Part shown: positions 59,529-64,000 of the stretch, in pieces | Position numbering within the stretch: position 1 is the first letter of the stretch | Layout: each line of letters begins with the position of its first letter | Assembly (NCBI GenBank): GCA_019352195.1 | Contig: JACAFG010000001.1 | Coordinates: forward strand, 130,485-194,484 | Direction: 5' to 3' | Origin: Candidatus Saccharimonadota bacterium | GTDB taxonomy: Bacteria > Patescibacteriota > Saccharimonadia > UBA4664 | DNA length: 64,000 nucleotides | The notes under the pieces: model-generated | Seen by the model: the letters and a program-made list of their open reading frames with translations, nothing else | Told to the model about the DNA's origin: nothing | The model's database searches: none | Made by a program: the position numbers and the translations under genes

Positions 59529-61112
59529 TTTAGTTTTTATACCCGCAATAGCGGCAGTTTTCTCCTCAGCAGAGCCAGAATCTGAGGTTCTAACCATTTC
59601 ATATTCAGCCTTGAGCGCCGGTAGGCCTTTTTGGATAGGAATAAGCCACTCAAAAGGCATTAATTCGATTTTCCCGCCGTAAAGTGTTGGGTTTGAACCC
59701 AGCGCCAGTAATATGTCGCGCTTGGCGGTAATATCGCCTTTCTCAAACCGCTCTCGGCCATGAGCGATCACATCAATCGTCTTGTGCAGACCTTCACGCC
59801 AACTGGCCGCCCGATTTGTGGTGTCGGCGACATTATCTTCCATATCCTTGATCTGGCTCAATAGAGCTTTCGATTTTTCCTTAAACACCTCGTCCCGGAT
59901 TAGCTCTTTGCTAGCCATGTCGATCAATTTGTCATGCTGTTGGCGCATTTGCTGCAAGGTAGAAAACTGCGTATTTTCAATAGCTTTTCGCTCTTCTGCT
60001 TCGGAGCCGTTCATTTCCTTAATAGCTTCGAGTGCCCACTCCTCAAATTGAGGATGAATTGTGTAGCTATCGAGCAAAGCGTCTAATTGGCCGGCAAGAT
60101 TCTTTTCCTCTACCGTTTTGCGGTTATCGCATGGACGCTTGCGCGTGCAGTGATAGTAGATGTAATGCAGCACAGTGCCGTTCTTCAGCCTCTTATATTT
60201 GTCTTGGGCAGTTACGCTACAACCGCACTCCTTGCAGAAGAGGAAGCCTCGATAAGCAAACTCTTTAACTACCGATTGTCGGGGCTTGCCCTTATTGCCG
60301 AGAATGATCTGCGCCTTATCATACTCTTCCATAGTGACCATCGCGGGGTAGTTGGCTTTTTCGTACTCGCCGAGCTTACCAGGTACAGGTATTAGCCCTG
60401 TATACCGAATATTAGTAAATAGGAGATAGAGAGTGCTACGGGTCATAGGCGTACCGCCAGACCTGCGGCGTACCGGCGTACGGTAGCCCCATTCATCATT
60501 CGCTATTTTCTGTATCATCGGCACGCTGTAATTTCCGGAAAGAAGCATGTCCCACATCTTCCGTATTAGCGCATGCCGATCTTCATCAGCAATAATGATG
60601 CCCTGGTCAGGGTTATTAGGGTTTCGGGCATTCAAGTAACCTGGGAGTGCCCTATAAGTTAACCAACCATTCTTGCGCTGCTGTTCGTTGCCACGCTTAA
60701 CATCCACACTGAGCTTAGCCGAGTAATACTGTGACTGACTCATCATGCTTTGCAGCATCATGATACCGTCCGGCGAATTGTTGAAATGATAGGAACCAAA
60801 TTTGAGGTCTTGGATAAATCCACGCCGTATTGCGTAGGTGATGTTGGCGGCGTCAATCTCATTGCGGGATAGGCGGTCAGGGTGCCATGACAAAATACCA
60901 TCAGCTTCGCCGTTCTTGATCATATCCATGACCTTGGCGAAGACAGGTCGGCCCGGCTCAAATGCGCTGCGGCTTTCCTCTAGTGTGGCAACTATTTTGA
61001 TGCCCGGAAACATCTCCCTCAGCTTGCGTGCCTGGGCGGGGATTGATAAGCTCTGTCGCTCAGCGTCTTCGGACGATTTACGAGCGTATAAAATGTAGCG
61101 AAGTGAATTCAT
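59514..61112 (-). CDS. Large serine recombinase (integrase)
   Basis: YARKSSED catalytic Ser, DRLSRN, recombinase domain, CKECG..YYHC Zn ribbon, coiled coil. Confidence 0.95.
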   Translation of the reverse strand: MNSLRYILYARKSSEDAERQSLSIPAQARKLREMFPGIKIVATLEESRSAFEPGRPVFAKVMDMIKNGEADGILSWHPDRLSRNEIDAANITYAIRRGFIQDLKFGSYHFNNSPDGIMMLQSMMSQSQYYSAKLSVDVKRGNEQQRKNGWLTYRALPGYLNARNPNNPDQGIIIADEDRHALIRKMWDMLLSGNYSVPMIQKIANDEWGYRTPVRRRSGGTPMTRSTLYLLFTNIRYTGLIPVPGKLGEYEKANYPAMVTMEEYDKAQIILGNKGKPRQSVVKEFAYRGFLFCKECGCSVTAQDKYKRLKNGTVLHYIYYHCTRKRPCDNRKTVEEKNLAGQLDALLDSYTIHPQFEEWALEAIKEMNGSEAEERKAIENTQFSTLQQMRQQHDKLIDMASKELIRDEVFKEKSKALLSQIKDMEDNVADTTNRAASWREGLHKTIDVIAHGRERFEKGDITAKRDILLALGSNPTLYGGKIELMPFEWLIPIQKGLPALKAEYEMVRTSDSGSAEEKTAAIAGIKTKWLGW

Positions 61113-61261
61113 ATTTATTCCCAAAAACCTAAAGGGCGACTCGGTTGTTGACACAGTCCATAGCAAGAAGCTATTTCCTGATACCGAGCCGCCCTTACGG
61201 GCCGGGAAATAAAAACACTTCTCGCAAATTTATGGACCGTGTCAACGTTCACATTGTACCA

Positions 61262-62668
61262 TTAGTGGCCAAAAAAGAACTTCCGGGCTTCATCGTCCAG
61301 GCTATCAAGCGCCCCACTACCCGACCCTATATTGTTTGCATCGCGAGGGTCATTTCCTTCCGGGAACCACTTAGGAAAGATATGTGGACTGCGTTTATCG
61401 CTACCTTCGATATCTGGTTTTCGCTCCTCAATCAGACCAGAACCTCTTAGTTGTGGAAGAATTTCTTTTCGAAGTCTCTCATCATTGAGCATTGAACGAT
61501 TTTTACGATAATGCTGATCCGCAACCTCCTTCCGGGTTACGCCTATTTTGTCTGTTTTTATATGTTCGGAGATATCAGGGTCATTCGCCTTATTGAGATA
61601 AATGAACAATACAAAGTCCTTGTAAAAGTCTATCAAGGCAGGTGGGACGTTCAAATCTTGGCTTTCAGCAAGGCTTTCCCATAGTACGAATGCTTGATCA
61701 ACGTCATTCTGGTTAGCGACTATAGTCCCGTCTTGCTGTCGCCGAAACCATACATTCAGCAAAGCAATGGCCTTGATGAGCTGCTGTATATGCGCAATAT
61801 CCCGCTGATGGCGTGCCTTTAGCTTAGGGAATGTTTTGAGAAAACGCTGCTCGATAGCTTCTGGATTAATAAGGATGATATTGTCAACGTGAGCTTGCCG
61901 AATTGCTAAAATCCGCTCAATTAACGCCCTACGCTTTGGATTTGCCTCTAGTTGATTATCAAACTCGATTGCATTTGCGCCGCGCTCTGATTGCAAATGT
62001 ATGCCCGCTCGAATCTTTTCATCGGTGACTTCCGAACTTAGCATTATCGCCCGGGTAGCATCTTGTTCATCGAGTCGCATACTTGCAGAGCAAAATACTG
62101 TTGCCGGATAACCACGTAGAATGACACACTCAACGTGGTTAGACCCCTTGTTGTTCCGGTTTGTGAAACGGTATTCAAGCTCCCATTTATCATGTGACAG
62201 AAGTGGGCGCAATTTGGTCTGCACTAGGGAATTTGATTGCTCTGACAGGATAAGTATTTTGCGTTCAAACTCTATAACTTTAGCCTTCAGGATTTTATCC
62301 TTTTTGCCCTCGCCATAGAAAAGTGATGTAGGCGTTGCGCCGCTTAATTCAATTTTATCTTTGGTCGGAAAAAGCTTTGCGACTTCAGTTGTGGTGTAAG
62401 TCTTGCCCGAAGAGCTTTGCGAATTGAAGCTGATATTGATTTGGTCATCTTTGGTATACGCGGAAAGCATGCACAGCAGAGTAAGTACTTTGTTAACGTA
62501 ATCTTCCTTTATTGTTAAGGACAGGACTTCCGCAACCTCATCCAGACTTGTTTCGCGAAATTGTGAAGTATCAATTATGGGCATCTCTTCGGCTTGTTCT
62601 GCGACGGAAGCGACTTGCTCCGTGGAGTCGCCGTTGCTAGGTAATTTGGTGGGGCTGTTCTCATTCAT
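61262..62668 (-). CDS. P-loop ATPase of primase/helicase-associated type
   Basis: SQSSSGKT Walker A, ILILSE Walker B-like. Confidence 0.65.
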   Translation of the reverse strand: MNENSPTKLPSNGDSTEQVASVAEQAEEMPIIDTSQFRETSLDEVAEVLSLTIKEDYVNKVLTLLCMLSAYTKDDQINISFNSQSSSGKTYTTTEVAKLFPTKDKIELSGATPTSLFYGEGKKDKILKAKVIEFERKILILSEQSNSLVQTKLRPLLSHDKWELEYRFTNRNNKGSNHVECVILRGYPATVFCSASMRLDEQDATRAIMLSSEVTDEKIRAGIHLQSERGANAIEFDNQLEANPKRRALIERILAIRQAHVDNIILINPEAIEQRFLKTFPKLKARHQRDIAHIQQLIKAIALLNVWFRRQQDGTIVANQNDVDQAFVLWESLAESQDLNVPPALIDFYKDFVLFIYLNKANDPDISEHIKTDKIGVTRKEVADQHYRKNRSMLNDERLRKEILPQLRGSGLIEERKPDIEGSDKRSPHIFPKWFPEGNDPRDANNIGSGSGALDSLDDEARKFFFGH

Positions 62669-62834
62669 GATTAATATCCATCTTATTAACTTCCTTCTCT
62701 CGTTGAGTCTTTGCGACCACGAAGCGTACAATAGCCGCTCCGGCCTCTTGAGCCTGTTCGCTGGTGTACTCCAGCCCATACAGTTCTTTGAGGAGTTTCC
62801 GAAGGCTAGTGATGCGCTCGCTGCTCAGCCTCAT
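62661..62834 (-). CDS. Small helical element protein (57 aa, not in ORF track)
   Basis: MRLSSERITSLRKLLKELYGLEYTSEQAQEAG; stop overlaps the start of the downstream ATPase gene. Confidence 0.6.
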   Translation of the reverse strand: MRLSSERITSLRKLLKELYGLEYTSEQAQEAGAAIVRFVVAKTQREKEVNKMDINHE

Positions 62835-62836
62835 GG

Positions 62837-63103
62837 TTACTTACCGGCGTAAATCCGGCCCTTTAGCGCCTTGATGTTGTCGAAATAGGTACGCGCATCA
62901 ACTTGTAAGCGGCCCTCAAAATACTCATCCCAATTACCCTGAACATCGTCATCATCAGAAAAAATGAACGAGGCTCTTCCTTTCTTATCGCGACTGATTT
63001 TCTCAAGTTTGCACTTGGTAGTGATCAAAGCTGCTGCTAATCCTAAGTCGGTAGTGCTAATTGCCCCTCCATACATTTCATCGAATAGATCATCCACATC
63101 CAT
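62837..63103 (-). CDS. DUF5659-like small protein
   Basis: TTDLGLAAAL, FIF and YFDNIKALKGRIY. Confidence 0.65.
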   Translation of the reverse strand: MDVDDLFDEMYGGAISTTDLGLAAALITTKCKLEKISRDKKGRASFIFSDDDDVQGNWDEYFEGRLQVDARTYFDNIKALKGRIYAGK

Positions 63104-63199
63104 GGTTGCCGCTCCAAAATTAAAAACACCCCCATCGTATTTGGGGGTATTCTGTCAGTTGTCAGTAAGAAGTCAGTGGACTAGCAGACTACTGGCTTG

Positions 63200-63949
63200 C
63201 TACTTGATTTCGAGACGCCAGCCCTCGCGGGGAACGTTTTCGATGCAATCTTTGCCGATCACTCTTTTGAGCTTTGTGTGAACGGCCCAAATGAGTTTGC
63301 GCAACGTAGCATCCTTATCTGGGTAATGCTCGCGAGTAAATACGTCTGGATTGTTAGTAAAAGCATCCTTAGTCAGGAGCCTTTCCGGGTTGTCTAGAAA
63401 TACAAACATTACTTGCTGTTCTTGGAAGGTAAAGGGGATTGGTGTACCTCTGTAACTTATCCGATTATCGCTATCAACAGCTACGCCCTTATACTCCTCA
63501 TGCTCACTCTCATCATCCAATGCTGCTATGGCGGGTTTTACAGACCTGGCTTGGGCCGCGACGAGCTGCTGCACCGGCTTGGCCTTAATCTCAAGCTCGG
63601 CAAATGCGATGGTGCCGGCGTGCCTATATGACAGCCCGGCGGCGATACTACCCACGCTGTCGTCATACCCCATACCCACAAGCCACACATCACCTGTCAC
63701 TAGTTGATGGGCAAGGATAAGCTCCCAGAATGTGGCGCCGGGTACAACTGACGATTTTATAATTGGGCGATACCCATGCTGCGGATAATCTTGGACGGCG
63801 GCCCGCCAGAGCTTCATCTGTTGGCTCGCAAAATTCTCCGGTCTGGTCTCCCTTCCGGTCGTGAGCTTGTCCTCACTGTACTTTTCAAGATATGCAGTTA
63901 GCTCATCAGTAAACTTTTGCCTATTGATATCAGTTAGCGTAAATAGCAA
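63200..63949 (-). CDS. Protein with C-terminal OmpR-like winged helix; start may lie further upstream
   Basis: FTFQEQQVM..L...LLTKD and IENVPREGWRL. Confidence 0.65.
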   Translation of the reverse strand: MLFTLTDINRQKFTDELTAYLEKYSEDKLTTGRETRPENFASQQMKLWRAAVQDYPQHGYRPIIKSSVVPGATFWELILAHQLVTGDVWLVGMGYDDSVGSIAAGLSYRHAGTIAFAELEIKAKPVQQLVAAQARSVKPAIAALDDESEHEEYKGVAVDSDNRISYRGTPIPFTFQEQQVMFVFLDNPERLLTKDAFTNNPDVFTREHYPDKDATLRKLIWAVHTKLKRVIGKDCIENVPREGWRLEIK

Positions 63950-64000
63950 GTACCGCTTAGCTTCATTGGGTAGCGTTTCAACTTCGGCTGTAGTGAGCGG

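Larger units (their letters stand above)
59514..64000. mobile_element. Integrative element or prophage-like island at tRNA-Gln (continues past the window)
   Basis: LSR abuts and overlaps the tRNA 3' end; lower GC; replication- and regulator-like genes. Confidence 0.85.

Overview
Chromosomal window from a small-genome bacterium, most likely Patescibacteria (CPR), probably Saccharibacteria. This is inferred from the short AlaRS and SMC, the FtsA-like/baseplate-J-like/RuvX/MltG cluster, and the many apparently leaderless genes. The backbone is housekeeping: metG (partial), tatD, cysteine desulfurase, mnmA, alaS, pyrH, ruvX, mltG, obgE, murA, a Mur ligase, leuS, rpmF, nusB, rnc, smc, rpsP, khpA, trmD and sodN/sodX. 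It carries three tRNAs: Ala-CGC, Ala-GGC and Gln-CTG. All three tRNAs appear to be integration sites. tRNA-Gln is followed by an element with an intact large serine recombinase (LSR) that runs off the window. Both tRNA-Ala genes are followed by tandem, integrase-less cargo segments that end in copies of the tRNA 3' end. These copies carry a T-loop-like motif shifted by 5 bp, which matches LSR attP/attB geometry. At tRNA-Ala-CGC, excision would fuse an integrase-like C-terminal remnant in frame to an actinobacterial-type HTH. Other notable items are an IS1595-family element with TIRs and an 8-bp TSD, a LeuRS with two inserted Nudix domains, a structured leader of about 200 nt before a LysM-CHAP hydrolase, and several genes that look actinobacterial (possibly host-derived). 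All calls come from reading the sequence by eye; no searches were run.
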